Below the pieces are notes generated by a model. It was not told where the DNA came from. It did no database searches and saw only the letters and a list, made by a program, of their open reading frames with translations. 64,000 bases of DNA. Origin: an uncultured delta proteobacterium (GTDB lineage: Bacteria; Desulfobacterota; RBG-13-43-22). Positions 1-9,317 of the stretch are shown here, one piece after another. The first letter of the stretch is position 1. Each line of letters starts with the position of its first letter. The translations under genes and the position numbers were made by a program. Where the stretch lies: the NCBI GenBank assembly GCA_963743305.1, contig CAVUPH010000016.1:53461-117460 (forward strand). Reading direction: 5' to 3'.

Positions 1-131
1 CTTCTCGCAATGACAGTATGATTGCAGCAGGGGGTAGGTCAAGCGAAGCGGATCCACCAGCTACGCGTGTCAGGACCGAATAGCTTTATCGGTCTTATGG
101 AAAAACCTACCTAACAGGATCGGTCAAGAAT

Positions 132-1748
132 ATGGAAGTCATCGAAACCAGAATCGATAAGAATTCTGCCGAATTCCGGGGAAACGAGGAGCACAACCGG
201 AACTTGGTGGCCAGACTCCAGGAAGCCTTGCACCAGGCTCGGGAAGAGCGCTCGGAAAAGGCCCTGGTCCGAATGCGCGAGCAGGGAAAGCTTTCGGTCC
301 GGGAACGGCTGGATCTATTATTGGACAAGAATACCCCTTTTCTGGAGATCGCCCCCCTGGCCGCTTTTGATATGTATGATAAGAAAGTACACGCGGCCGG
401 GATCATCGCCGGGATCGGAGTGGTGGAAGGACGGGAAGTGCTGGTCCATGCCAATGATTCCCTGATCAAAGGCGGGACCATTTATCCCCTGGGGGTTAAG
501 AAGGGCCTGCGGATCCAGACCATCTGCATGGAAAACCGTTTGCCGGTGGTCAACCTGGTGGACTCCGGCGGGGCCTACCTGCCTCTGCAATCGGAAATTT
601 TTCCCGATGCCGACGACGGCGGCCGGATTTTTTACAACCAGGCGATCATCTCCAAGATGGGCATCCCCCAGATCTGCGGGGTCATGGGCCTGTGCACAGC
701 CGGAGCGGCTTACATTCCGGCTATGAGCGATGAGGTGGTCCAGGTCAAAGGAACCGGAGCCATTTTTTTGGGCGGCCCGCCGTTGGTGCTGGCCGCCACC
801 GGGGAGGAAGTAACGGCCGACGAACTGGGCGGTGCCAATGTGCATTGCCGCCAGTCCGGGGTCTCCGACTATTTTGCCGAGGACGACGCCCACTGCATCG
901 ATTTGATTCGACAGATCGTCAAGAACCTGCCTCCGGCACAAAAAGCCGAGGTCGGGCAGCGGGCGGCGCGGCCCCCGGTCTATGAGCCGAAAGAGTTGTA
1001 CGGGATCATTCCCCAGCGGATCAGCACCCCTTATGACGTCAGAGAGGTCATCGCCCGGATGGTGGACGGAAGCGAATTCCTGGAATTCAAGGCCTTATAC
1101 GGGCCGACCCTGGTCTGCGGCTGGGCCTACATCCATGGCTACCCCGTAGGCATCCTCGGCAATAACGGTATTCTTTTTTCCGACAGCGCCCTCAAGGCCA
1201 CCCAGTTCATCCAGCTTTGCGATAAAAGGGGAATTCCCTTGCTGTTTTTGCAGAACATCGCCGGGTATATCATCGGAAAAGAATACGAACGGATCGGCAT
1301 CACCAAGGACGGGCATAAGATGGTCAACGCCGTAGCCACGGCCACGGTGCCCAAGTTTACCGTAATCCTCGGGGCTTCCTTCGGGGCCGGCAATTACGGC
1401 ATGTGCGGCCGGGCCTATTCGCCGCGTTTTTTATGGATGTGGCCGAACGCCCAGATCGGGGTTATGGGCGGAGAACAGGCCGCCGATGTACTGATCACCG
1501 TTAAAAACGACCAGTTGGCCCGGGAAGGGCAACCGCCTCTGCCGAAGGAAATGGTGGAGCAGATCCGCGGGCCGATCATCGCCTCGGCCTTTCGGGAAGG
1601 CAACGCCTACTACTCCACGTCCAACCTTTGGGACGACGGAATCCTGGATCCGGCCAAGACCCGGGACGTGCTGGGGCTGGCCATCTCGGCCGCCCTGAAT
1701 GCGCCGATTCGCAGTGGGGCCTATGGATACGGCACGTTCAGGATGTAA
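132..1748 (+). CDS. Acyl-CoA carboxylase carboxyltransferase beta subunit, 3-methylcrotonyl-CoA/geranyl-CoA carboxylase (LiuB/AtuC) family
   Basis: 538 aa; DSGGAYLP, GLCTAGAAY, GASFGAGNYGMCGR and DDGILDP motifs typical of MCC beta. Confidence 0.9.
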   Translation: MEVIETRIDKNSAEFRGNEEHNRNLVARLQEALHQAREERSEKALVRMREQGKLSVRERLDLLLDKNTPFLEIAPLAAFDMYDKKVHAAGIIAGIGVVEGREVLVHANDSLIKGGTIYPLGVKKGLRIQTICMENRLPVVNLVDSGGAYLPLQSEIFPDADDGGRIFYNQAIISKMGIPQICGVMGLCTAGAAYIPAMSDEVVQVKGTGAIFLGGPPLVLAATGEEVTADELGGANVHCRQSGVSDYFAEDDAHCIDLIRQIVKNLPPAQKAEVGQRAARPPVYEPKELYGIIPQRISTPYDVREVIARMVDGSEFLEFKALYGPTLVCGWAYIHGYPVGILGNNGILFSDSALKATQFIQLCDKRGIPLLFLQNIAGYIIGKEYERIGITKDGHKMVNAVATATVPKFTVILGASFGAGNYGMCGRAYSPRFLWMWPNAQIGVMGGEQAADVLITVKNDQLAREGQPPLPKEMVEQIRGPIIASAFREGNAYYSTSNLWDDGILDPAKTRDVLGLAISAALNAPIRSGAYGYGTFRM

Positions 1749-1787
1749 CGCTGAAAGGCGTAATATTCCACTGCCCAGGAAAAGGTC

Positions 1788-1874
1788 GTCATCCCGGACA
1801 AGCGAAGCGGGATCCGGAATCCAGGGCCGTTGGGGCTTCAAATGCCCTAGATCCCGGATCAAGTCCGGGATGAC
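1788..1874. repeat. GTCAT...ATGAC palindromic REP-like element
   Basis: gtcatcccggac...ggaatccag...ctagatcccggatcaagtccgggatgac; intergenic, inverted ends. Confidence 0.8.
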
Positions 1875-1910
1875 GGTAAAGACAAATGCCTAAAAAAGGT
1901 TTTCGAGGTT

Positions 1911-3398
1911 ATGTTTAAAAAAGTTCTTATCGCCAATCGCGGGGAAATCGCCGTCCGGATCATCCGCACCTGCCGGGAAATGGGCATCCAAACCGTAGCG
2001 GTTTATTCCGAGGCGGATAAAACGGCCCTCCACGTCCTGGAGGCCGAAGAGGCCGTCGGTCTGGGCTCGGCCGAGCCGATCCAGAGCTACCTGAACATCG
2101 ATCGCCTGCTGGAGGCCGCCCGGCAAACGGGGGCCGAGGCGATTCATCCCGGATACGGCTTTCTGGCGGAAAACCCGGAATTTGCCGAACGCTGTCAGCA
2201 AGCGAACATCGTTTTTATCGGCCCTCCGGCCAGGGCCATCCGTGACTTGGGCAGCAAGACGACGGCCCGAACTATTATGCTTCAGACCGGGGTGCCGGTT
2301 ATACCCGGCCTGAACCAGACTTCCGTGGACCTGCGGGTCTTTTCCCGGGAGGCCGAGCGTTTGAAGTATCCGGTCATTATCAAGGCCGCCGCCGGAGGGG
2401 GAGGCAAGGGGATGCGGACCGTCTACGATCCGGGCGATTTGGCGGAGGCCTTTCAATCTTGCCAAAGCGAAGCGGAAAAGGCTTTCGGAGACGGGTCCCT
2501 TTATCTGGAGAAACATTTGGAAGGGCCGCGGCACGTGGAGTTTCAGGTCCTGGCCGACTCCTTCGGGAACGTAGTGCATCTTTTTGAGCGGGAATGTTCC
2601 ATCCAGCGGCGTCACCAGAAGATCATCGAAGAAACCCCCTCGCCGGCGTTGACGCCGGATCTCCGACGGCAAATGGGGCAGGCGGCGGTGGCTGCCGCCC
2701 GGGCCTCGGGATACGTCAATGCGGGCACCGTAGAATTCTTACTGGACCGGGAGGGGCGTTTCTACTTTCTGGAAGTGAACACCCGGTTGCAGGTGGAGCA
2801 CCCCATTACCGAGGTCACGACCGGCCTCGATCTGGTCCGCTGCCAATTGGAAATCGCCGCCGGGCAGGCCCTGTCTTTCCGGCAGGAAGAGATCCAGCCC
2901 AGGGGCCATGCCATCGAATGCCGGATCTATGCCGAAGACCCGGAGGCCCAATTTTTCCCTTCTCCCGGGAAGATCCTCTATCTTCGGGAACCATCCGGAC
3001 CCGGAATCCGGATGGACAGCGGGATCCGGGCCGGGTTCGACGTGCCGATGGAATACGACCCCATATTAGCTAAACTGATCGTCTATGCCGAAAACCGGGA
3101 GGCGGCCCGGAAGCGGATGATCCGGGCGCTGGAAAATACCGTTATCTTGGGAATCCAGACCACGATTCCCTTTCTCCTGGAGGTATTTAAAACCACGGAA
3201 TTCAAGGAAGGGCGGACCCGGACCGATTTCATCGACCGTCATTTTGAGGGCTGGAAGCCGGATCGGGGGAAAGCCGACCTGGCCAGGATAGCCTTTGCGG
3301 TCCATGACCGGTCCCCGAGGGAAATCCCGGCCGGAGAAAAACCCTCGGCGCCGGACAGAAGGGGTCCCTGGCAAACTCTGGGGGGATGGAGACTCTAG
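1911..3398 (+). CDS. Biotin carboxylase subunit (MCC/GCC alpha, N-terminal part)
   Basis: KVLIANRGEIA, HPGYGFLAEN, GGGGKGMR, ERECSIQRRHQK, FLEVNTRLQVEH. Confidence 0.93.
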   Translation: MFKKVLIANRGEIAVRIIRTCREMGIQTVAVYSEADKTALHVLEAEEAVGLGSAEPIQSYLNIDRLLEAARQTGAEAIHPGYGFLAENPEFAERCQQANIVFIGPPARAIRDLGSKTTARTIMLQTGVPVIPGLNQTSVDLRVFSREAERLKYPVIIKAAAGGGGKGMRTVYDPGDLAEAFQSCQSEAEKAFGDGSLYLEKHLEGPRHVEFQVLADSFGNVVHLFERECSIQRRHQKIIEETPSPALTPDLRRQMGQAAVAAARASGYVNAGTVEFLLDREGRFYFLEVNTRLQVEHPITEVTTGLDLVRCQLEIAAGQALSFRQEEIQPRGHAIECRIYAEDPEAQFFPSPGKILYLREPSGPGIRMDSGIRAGFDVPMEYDPILAKLIVYAENREAARKRMIRALENTVILGIQTTIPFLLEVFKTTEFKEGRTRTDFIDRHFEGWKPDRGKADLARIAFAVHDRSPREIPAGEKPSAPDRRGPWQTLGGWRL

Positions 3399-3399
3399 A

Positions 3400-3912
3400 A
3401 TGTCCGGGCGCTGCGAATTAAAAATCGGAAATGAGACCAAAACGCTGGAGTGGCTGCCGGGAGAAGATCCGGACCGGGCTCGGATCCTTATTGGCGAAGC
3501 GGAATATATGGTTTTCTTTCAGGCCGTCGATGACCACCAGGTCCTGATGCAGGTGGACGGGCGGCCGATTCGGGCCTTCGTCGCCGGGGACGCGAACAGG
3601 AAATATGTGTTTATCGATGGCGAGGTCTTTGGGGTCGAGGAATTGGATCAGGCCCGGAAACGAAAAAAACGGGCGGGCCTGGATGAAAGTCCGGGAGAGG
3701 TGACCCCCCCCATGCCCGCCGTGGTGATCCGCATTCTGGTTCAAGAGGGGGAGGAGGTCGTCAAAGGACAGGGCTTGGTGGTGGTCTCGGCCATGAAGAT
3801 GGAAACGACCCTGAAGGCCCCTTTCGACGGCCTGGTGAAAAAGATAAATACCGCCTTGCAGGCCAAGGTCATGCCGGGAGACCGATTGATCGAGATCGAG
3901 GAAAGGAAGTAG
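3400..3912 (+). CDS. Biotin carboxyl carrier protein with BT-like N-terminal domain (split MCC/GCC alpha C-terminus)
   Basis: ATG at 3400 just after the previous stop; PPMPAVV...SAMKMET biotinylation motif. Confidence 0.85.
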   Translation: MSGRCELKIGNETKTLEWLPGEDPDRARILIGEAEYMVFFQAVDDHQVLMQVDGRPIRAFVAGDANRKYVFIDGEVFGVEELDQARKRKKRAGLDESPGEVTPPMPAVVIRILVQEGEEVVKGQGLVVVSAMKMETTLKAPFDGLVKKINTALQAKVMPGDRLIEIEERK

Positions 3913-3955
3913 CGACGGGCGCGTTTTAAGCCCGTCAGCGAGGTTATCAATAGTC

Positions 3956-4732
3956 ATGAGCGACGATCTCCTCTACGAAGTCAAAGATCAGACGGCCTTC
4001 CTGACCATTAACCGGGAAGACCGCCGCAACGCCATCAGCCAGGAAATGATCTCGACGTTTCATTCCTGCCTGGACCAGGCCGACCGGGATGAGACGGTTC
4101 GGGCCGTCTGTTTGACGGCTAAAGGGGACCGGGCCTTCTGTTCGGGGGCCGACTTGGGCCTCACCCTGGCCGGGGAAGGGGAAGACCGGTTGGCCGGGGC
4201 CAGGCATTATGCGGCTTTGATGAAAAAAATGTCCCGCTTCGGGAAGCCTACCGTGGCCCGGGTGAACGGTGCCTGTCTGGCCGGCGGATTGGGGCTGATG
4301 CTTTCCTGCGATATCGCCATCGCCCGCCAGGACGTCTCCTTCTGGACCCCGGAGGTCAACGTGGGGATATTCCCCATGATGGTGGGCGCTCTGCTGATCC
4401 GACAGGTGGGCTGGAAAAAGATGATGGATATGGTCTTGACCGGGAGGAAGGTTCCGGCTGCGGAAGCGGAGCGGATCGGCCTGATTTCCCGGGCGGTGGC
4501 GCCGGAGCGCCTGGAGGAAGAGGTACAGGAGGTATTAAGGGGTCTGACGGCCAAGAGCCCGATAGGGTTGCGGATCGGGAAAGAGGCCTTTCGGGAAATG
4601 GCCGATAAGCCCTTCGACGACGCGGTGGACTATCTCTGCGAAGCACTGGGCCGGGCCGTTTCCACGGAAGATGCGCTGGAAGGCATGATGGCCTTTATCG
4701 AAAAACGGGAACCGAATTTCAGGGGCCGCTGA
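3956..4732 (+). CDS. Enoyl-CoA hydratase (methylglutaconyl-/isohexenylglutaconyl-CoA hydratase-like)
   Basis: Crotonase motifs FCSGADL, GACLAGGLGL, PEVNVG; adjacent to the MCC-like genes. Confidence 0.85.
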   Translation: MSDDLLYEVKDQTAFLTINREDRRNAISQEMISTFHSCLDQADRDETVRAVCLTAKGDRAFCSGADLGLTLAGEGEDRLAGARHYAALMKKMSRFGKPTVARVNGACLAGGLGLMLSCDIAIARQDVSFWTPEVNVGIFPMMVGALLIRQVGWKKMMDMVLTGRKVPAAEAERIGLISRAVAPERLEEEVQEVLRGLTAKSPIGLRIGKEAFREMADKPFDDAVDYLCEALGRAVSTEDALEGMMAFIEKREPNFRGR

Positions 4733-5545
4733 ATGAATTTTGAATTAGGCCGAGATTATGATAGTCTCCGGATTGGTGACCGGGCTTCCTTTTCCAAAAC
4801 GATTACCGAGTCCGATGTCTATCTGTTTGCCGGGATCAGCGGGGATTTTAATCCGCTGCATGTGAATGAGGAATTTGCCAAATTGACCCCTTTCCGGACC
4901 CGGATCGCCCACGGCGCCCTGCCTCAAAGTCTGATAGCCCCGGTGCTGGGGACCCAACTCCCCGGTTTGGGGACGGTCGCCGTAGAAATCACCACCCGGT
5001 TCAAGCGGCCGACATTTTTTGGCGACACCATTACCGCCACGGCGGAAGTGGTGGAGAAAATCGAGGCCAGAAAGCGGGTCCGACTGGTCCTGACCTGGAC
5101 CAACCAAAAAGGAGAAGTGATTTCCGAGGGGGAGGCAGTGGTTATTCCACCTCCGCGGATGGAAGATTTGATGAGTAAACCTAATGAGTCAAAAACCAAG
5201 AAAGAGGAGGAAACAAAAATGGGTTTTACCAATGTGAAGGAAGTGTTTGCCAAAATGTCGGAGGCCTTTAACGCCAATGCCGCCCAGGGATTGAACGCGG
5301 TTTTTCAGTTCGATATCACCGGCGATGACGGTGGAAAGTGGAACGTGGCGGTCAAGGACGGGGCCTGCGCGGTCAACGAAGGGGCCAGCGATGCCCCCAC
5401 CGTCACCCTGACCATGGCGGCGGATACCTGGCTGGCAATGGTCAATAAGGAGTTGAACGGCATGCAGGCCTTTATGAGCGGCAAGCTGAAGGCTACCGGG
5501 GACATCATGCTGGCCCAGCGGTTTGCCACCATTTTCCCGGTTTAA
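4733..5545 (+). CDS. MaoC-type (R)-enoyl-CoA hydratase followed in frame by an SCP2 lipid-binding domain
   Basis: FAGISGDFNPLH...IAHG MaoC motif; C-terminal QAFMSGKLKATGD SCP2 motif; internal AGGAGG plus ATG at 5219. Confidence 0.8.
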   Translation: MNFELGRDYDSLRIGDRASFSKTITESDVYLFAGISGDFNPLHVNEEFAKLTPFRTRIAHGALPQSLIAPVLGTQLPGLGTVAVEITTRFKRPTFFGDTITATAEVVEKIEARKRVRLVLTWTNQKGEVISEGEAVVIPPPRMEDLMSKPNESKTKKEEETKMGFTNVKEVFAKMSEAFNANAAQGLNAVFQFDITGDDGGKWNVAVKDGACAVNEGASDAPTVTLTMAADTWLAMVNKELNGMQAFMSGKLKATGDIMLAQRFATIFPV

Positions 5546-5632
5546 GCAGTCGCCAAAGCAGGAACGGGTTCCCGATTAAACCCCCCAGCCCGGGACGGGT
5601 GCCCGCGAAGTGCTAAAATGACAGTTACCCTT

Positions 5633-5729
5633 GTCATTGCGAGAAGCGAAGCGACGAAGCAATCCCTCGGTTAGCGGGTAACATCTCCCAAGCTCGACTG
5701 AGAGATTGCTTCGCTTCGCTCGCAATGAC
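5633..5729. repeat. GTCATTGCGAG...CTCGCAATGAC palindromic REP-like element
   Basis: Long inverted repeat; related copy at 43914-44014 and a right half at positions 4-14. Confidence 0.85.
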
Positions 5730-5796
5730 GGTAGAGTTCGGTTTTATTTTCGTATTAAACCTCCATGCCCCGCGGGGCACCCGCGAAGCATGAAAA

Positions 5797-5890
5797 TGTC
5801 GAATAACGAATAACGAATTTCGAATGTTGAAGTAACTAAAAAAAGTCACATCGAAATTCGATATTCAGCGTTCGAAATTCGTTATTCGTA
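5797..5890. repeat. Heptamer-iterated palindrome (tcgaata/tattcga type)
   Basis: gtcgaataacgaataacgaattt...ttcgaaattcgttattcg; related copy at 17938-18025. Confidence 0.7.
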
Positions 5891-5925
5891 TTTTTTATTT
5901 AGATACTAAGGAAAGCCGCCTTCCC

Positions 5926-7065
5926 ATGTCCTATCAGGAATATTTCGGGGAAACCCACCGCTTAGTGCGGCAAACGGTCCGAAAGTTCGTTGAGAGGGAG
6001 ATTAACCCTTACGTCAACGAATGGGAAGAACAGGGGGAGTTTCCCCGGGAGTTGTACCGCCGGGCCGGAGAGGCCGGAATCTTAGGGATCGGCTATCCGG
6101 AAGCGTTCGGCGGGAGCGCAGGCGACTTATTTTTAAAGGTGGCGGCCATCGAGGAAATCGCCCGCTGCGGGTCCGGGGGGGTAGCGGCCGGTCTGGGGTC
6201 ATTGGATATCGGGCTTCCGCCGATACTCCGTTCCGGCCGGGAGAATCTGAAAAAACGTTTGATTCCGCCGATCCTGGCCGGAGAGAAAATTTGCGGCCTG
6301 GCCATCACCGAACCGAATGCCGGATCGGACGTGGGGGCCATCCGAACCCGGGCCGTTCAGGAAGGGAAGATGTACCGGGTGAACGGCCGGAAGACCTTTA
6401 TCACCAGCGGGGCTCGGGCCGATGTCTTGACCTGCGCGGTCCGGACCGGCGGTTCCGGACCCCATGGGGTCAGCCTCCTGGTGGTCGAAACCGACACCCC
6501 GGGGTTCGAGGTTACTCGGGTCTTGAAAAAGATGGGCTGGTGGGCCTCGGATACGGCCGAGCTGGTTTTTGAGGATTGCCTGGTACCGGTGGAAAACTTG
6601 CTGGGGGAGGAAGGCGAGGGCTTTTACGGGATCATGGCCAACTTTCAGATGGAACGCCTGCAATTGGCCCTCCTGGCCAACATGACCGCCCAACTGGCCC
6701 TGGAGGAATCGTTAAAGTATGTGAAACAGCGGGAGGCCTTCGGCCGGCCCCTGGAAGGCTTTCAGGTGACCCGCCACAAGCTGGTGGATATGGCCACCTT
6801 GATCGAGGCCAGCCGTGAATTCACCTACCGCGTGGCGGCTAAAATCGAGGCCGGGTTGAACCCGGTCAAGGAAATTTCCATGGCTAAAAATTTTTCCTGT
6901 CAGGTCAGCGACCGGGTCACCTATGACGCGGTTCAGATTCACGGGGGCTATGGCTATATGCGGGAATACCTGGTGGAGCGATTGTACCGGGATAACCGGA
7001 TCCTGTCCATCGGAGGCGGGACCCAGGAGATCATGAAGGAAATTATCGGCAAGCTGATGTTTTGA
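5926..7065 (+). CDS. Acyl-CoA dehydrogenase (AtuD/citronellyl-CoA dehydrogenase-like subgroup possible)
   Basis: AITEPNAGSD, GRKTFITSG, QIHGGYGY, IGGGTQEIM. Confidence 0.9.
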   Translation: MSYQEYFGETHRLVRQTVRKFVEREINPYVNEWEEQGEFPRELYRRAGEAGILGIGYPEAFGGSAGDLFLKVAAIEEIARCGSGGVAAGLGSLDIGLPPILRSGRENLKKRLIPPILAGEKICGLAITEPNAGSDVGAIRTRAVQEGKMYRVNGRKTFITSGARADVLTCAVRTGGSGPHGVSLLVVETDTPGFEVTRVLKKMGWWASDTAELVFEDCLVPVENLLGEEGEGFYGIMANFQMERLQLALLANMTAQLALEESLKYVKQREAFGRPLEGFQVTRHKLVDMATLIEASREFTYRVAAKIEAGLNPVKEISMAKNFSCQVSDRVTYDAVQIHGGYGYMREYLVERLYRDNRILSIGGGTQEIMKEIIGKLMF

Positions 7066-7284
7066 AACAGAGAGCAATCGGTCGGGGTTTGGCCCTGAGC
7101 AGGAGGCTGAGCCTTCCGGTCGTTGATTATATCAGGTAACGGGTGGAAGGGTGATGCAACAGGATTCACCCACCCCCCCGGCCCCCTCCCGTCAAGGGAG
7201 GGGGAGGAAAGCAGTTTTTGGTCAACTAAAAGGCTTATAGGAATCGAAAATTTTTAGATCCAAAAAAAAGAAGGAGATTAAACC

Positions 7285-9105
7285 ATGGGAGTAAATTATT
7301 TCAATCGGAATGAACGGGACACGAAGTTTGTATTGTTTGAACAGCTCAATATGGCGGACCTGCTGAAATATGATCGCTACAAGGATTTCAGCCTGGAAGA
7401 TTTCGAGATGATCATCCAGGAGGGGCTCAAGGTGGCCAAGGAAGTGTTGGGCCCGACCATGCAGGATGGCGATCGGGAGGGTTGCCAGTATGACGCCGGG
7501 CAGGTGAAGATACCGGCCTCCTTTCATCAGTGCTGGAAGGTAATGGCCGAAAACGGCTGGATTTCCATGTCCGGAAACCCGGAATTTGGTGGTCAGGGGC
7601 TGCCGGCCTGTTTGAGCGGTCTGGTCAGCGAGTTTTTTGTCGGTGGCAACATGGCCTTCATGACCTATCCGGGGCTAACTACCGCCAACGCCGAGGTTAT
7701 CGAACATTACGGGACTGACCTGGATCGCGCCATGTTCGTGGAAAAGCTGAACACCGGGGTCTGGGCCGGGACCATGTGTCTGACCGAGCCGGATGCCGGC
7801 TCGGACGTGGGGTATGCCCGGTCCAAGGCGGTACCCGATCCGGATTCCGGAGACCCACGGATCTATAAGATTGAGGGCAACAAGCGGTTCATCACCTGCG
7901 GGGACCAGAACCTGACCGAAAACATCATCCATCTGGTACTGGCCCGGATTGAAGGGGCCCCTTTAGGGACCAAGGGGATCAGCCTTTTTATCGTGCCCAA
8001 AGTCTGGGTTAATCCCGACGGTTCGCTGGGAGAACCCAACGATGTGTTTTGTACCGGCATCGAACACAAGATGGGGATTCACGGTTCCTCCACCGCTTCC
8101 CTGAGTTTCGGGGAAAGCGGGAAGTGCCGCGGGATACTGCTGGGGAAACCCCACAGCGGGATGGCTGAGATGTTTCAGATGATGAACGAGGCCCGCATGG
8201 GTTGCGGAGTCCAATCGCTGGGCCTGGCGGCCTCGGCCTATGATTCAGCCCTGCAGTACGCCAAGGAAAGGTTTCAGGGCCCGCCCTTCACCGACCGCAA
8301 AGCGGACCGGGTCCGGATCATCGAACACGAGGACGTCCGCCGCATGCTCATGAACCTGAAGGCCGGCACCGAAGCCATGCGGGCCATGATCGGGAAGCTT
8401 TTTTTCCAGATTGACGTGGCCTTGTCCGACCCCGACGAAGGCAAACGGAAGGCGGCCGGAAACCAGGTGGAACTGCTCACCCCGTTAGTCAAGGCCTATT
8501 GTTCCGACTTCGGCTATGACCTGACCCGGGACGCCATGCAGGTATTAGGAGGAGTCGGCTACTGCGCGGAGTTTCCGGTGGAACAGTACGCCCGGGACCT
8601 CAAGATCGTCTCCATTTGGGAGGGGACCAACTATATCCAATCCCTGGATCTGATCGGGCGTAAGCTTCCCCTGGAAGGGGGAGCGGTGTTCCAGTCCTGG
8701 ATTCAAAATATTTTCGACCTGACCAAGGAACACAAAGAAGATCCCGATTTCAGCGCCGACTTCAAACTCCTGTTCAAGGCGGCCCAAGCCACCGGCGATT
8801 ACACCATGCGCTTCATGCAATATTTCCAGGGTGGAAAACCCAAGCTAATCGCCTTGGCGGCCACCCGCTTTTTGGCCTGCTTTTCCGAGGTGCTCATGGG
8901 GCATATGCTCTTGGAGCAGGGGATGATCGCCCGGGAAAAGCTGAAGGGCGTGGAGGCCGATTCGGCCGACGGTTACTTCTATCGAGGAAAAATGGAAACG
9001 GCTAAATATTTCTGCCGGAATATCCTGACCAACGTCTTCTCCCGCTATACCAGCTTCCAGCAGGAGGATACCTCGGCGGTGGACATCCCGGAGGAAGGGT
9101 TTTAA
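7285..9105 (+). CDS. Long-type (about 600 aa) acyl-CoA dehydrogenase
   Basis: GTMCLTEPDAGSD, EHKMGIHGS, QVLGGVGY, IWEGTNYIQ; RBS aaggag. Confidence 0.92.
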   Translation: MGVNYFNRNERDTKFVLFEQLNMADLLKYDRYKDFSLEDFEMIIQEGLKVAKEVLGPTMQDGDREGCQYDAGQVKIPASFHQCWKVMAENGWISMSGNPEFGGQGLPACLSGLVSEFFVGGNMAFMTYPGLTTANAEVIEHYGTDLDRAMFVEKLNTGVWAGTMCLTEPDAGSDVGYARSKAVPDPDSGDPRIYKIEGNKRFITCGDQNLTENIIHLVLARIEGAPLGTKGISLFIVPKVWVNPDGSLGEPNDVFCTGIEHKMGIHGSSTASLSFGESGKCRGILLGKPHSGMAEMFQMMNEARMGCGVQSLGLAASAYDSALQYAKERFQGPPFTDRKADRVRIIEHEDVRRMLMNLKAGTEAMRAMIGKLFFQIDVALSDPDEGKRKAAGNQVELLTPLVKAYCSDFGYDLTRDAMQVLGGVGYCAEFPVEQYARDLKIVSIWEGTNYIQSLDLIGRKLPLEGGAVFQSWIQNIFDLTKEHKEDPDFSADFKLLFKAAQATGDYTMRFMQYFQGGKPKLIALAATRFLACFSEVLMGHMLLEQGMIAREKLKGVEADSADGYFYRGKMETAKYFCRNILTNVFSRYTSFQQEDTSAVDIPEEGF

Positions 9106-9130
9106 CTTTTTTGGAATTCGGTTATTCTCC

Positions 9131-9244
9131 GTATACCGGACTTGATCCGGCATCCAGGACGTTGGGGTCTTTAACCGCCCTGGATTCCGGCCATTCGACT
9201 GGCTCATGGCCCTGAGTTTATCGAAGGGCTTTCGCCGGAATGAC
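9131..9244. repeat. REP-like palindromic element
   Basis: ccggacttgatccggcatccag...ctggattccggcc...ttcgccggaatgac. Confidence 0.7.
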
Positions 9245-9317
9245 GGCCTGACCGGGTCAGCACCTTCGGGTGATTGACTATATTTTTACTCAGTACTATT
9301 AATTAGAGGAGGAATCA

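Noticed and set aside
1911-3912. Split MCC alpha subunit as a sequencing artefact
   Set aside because: A clean stop is followed immediately by ATG at a domain boundary, and split BC/BCCP subunits are common in anaerobes
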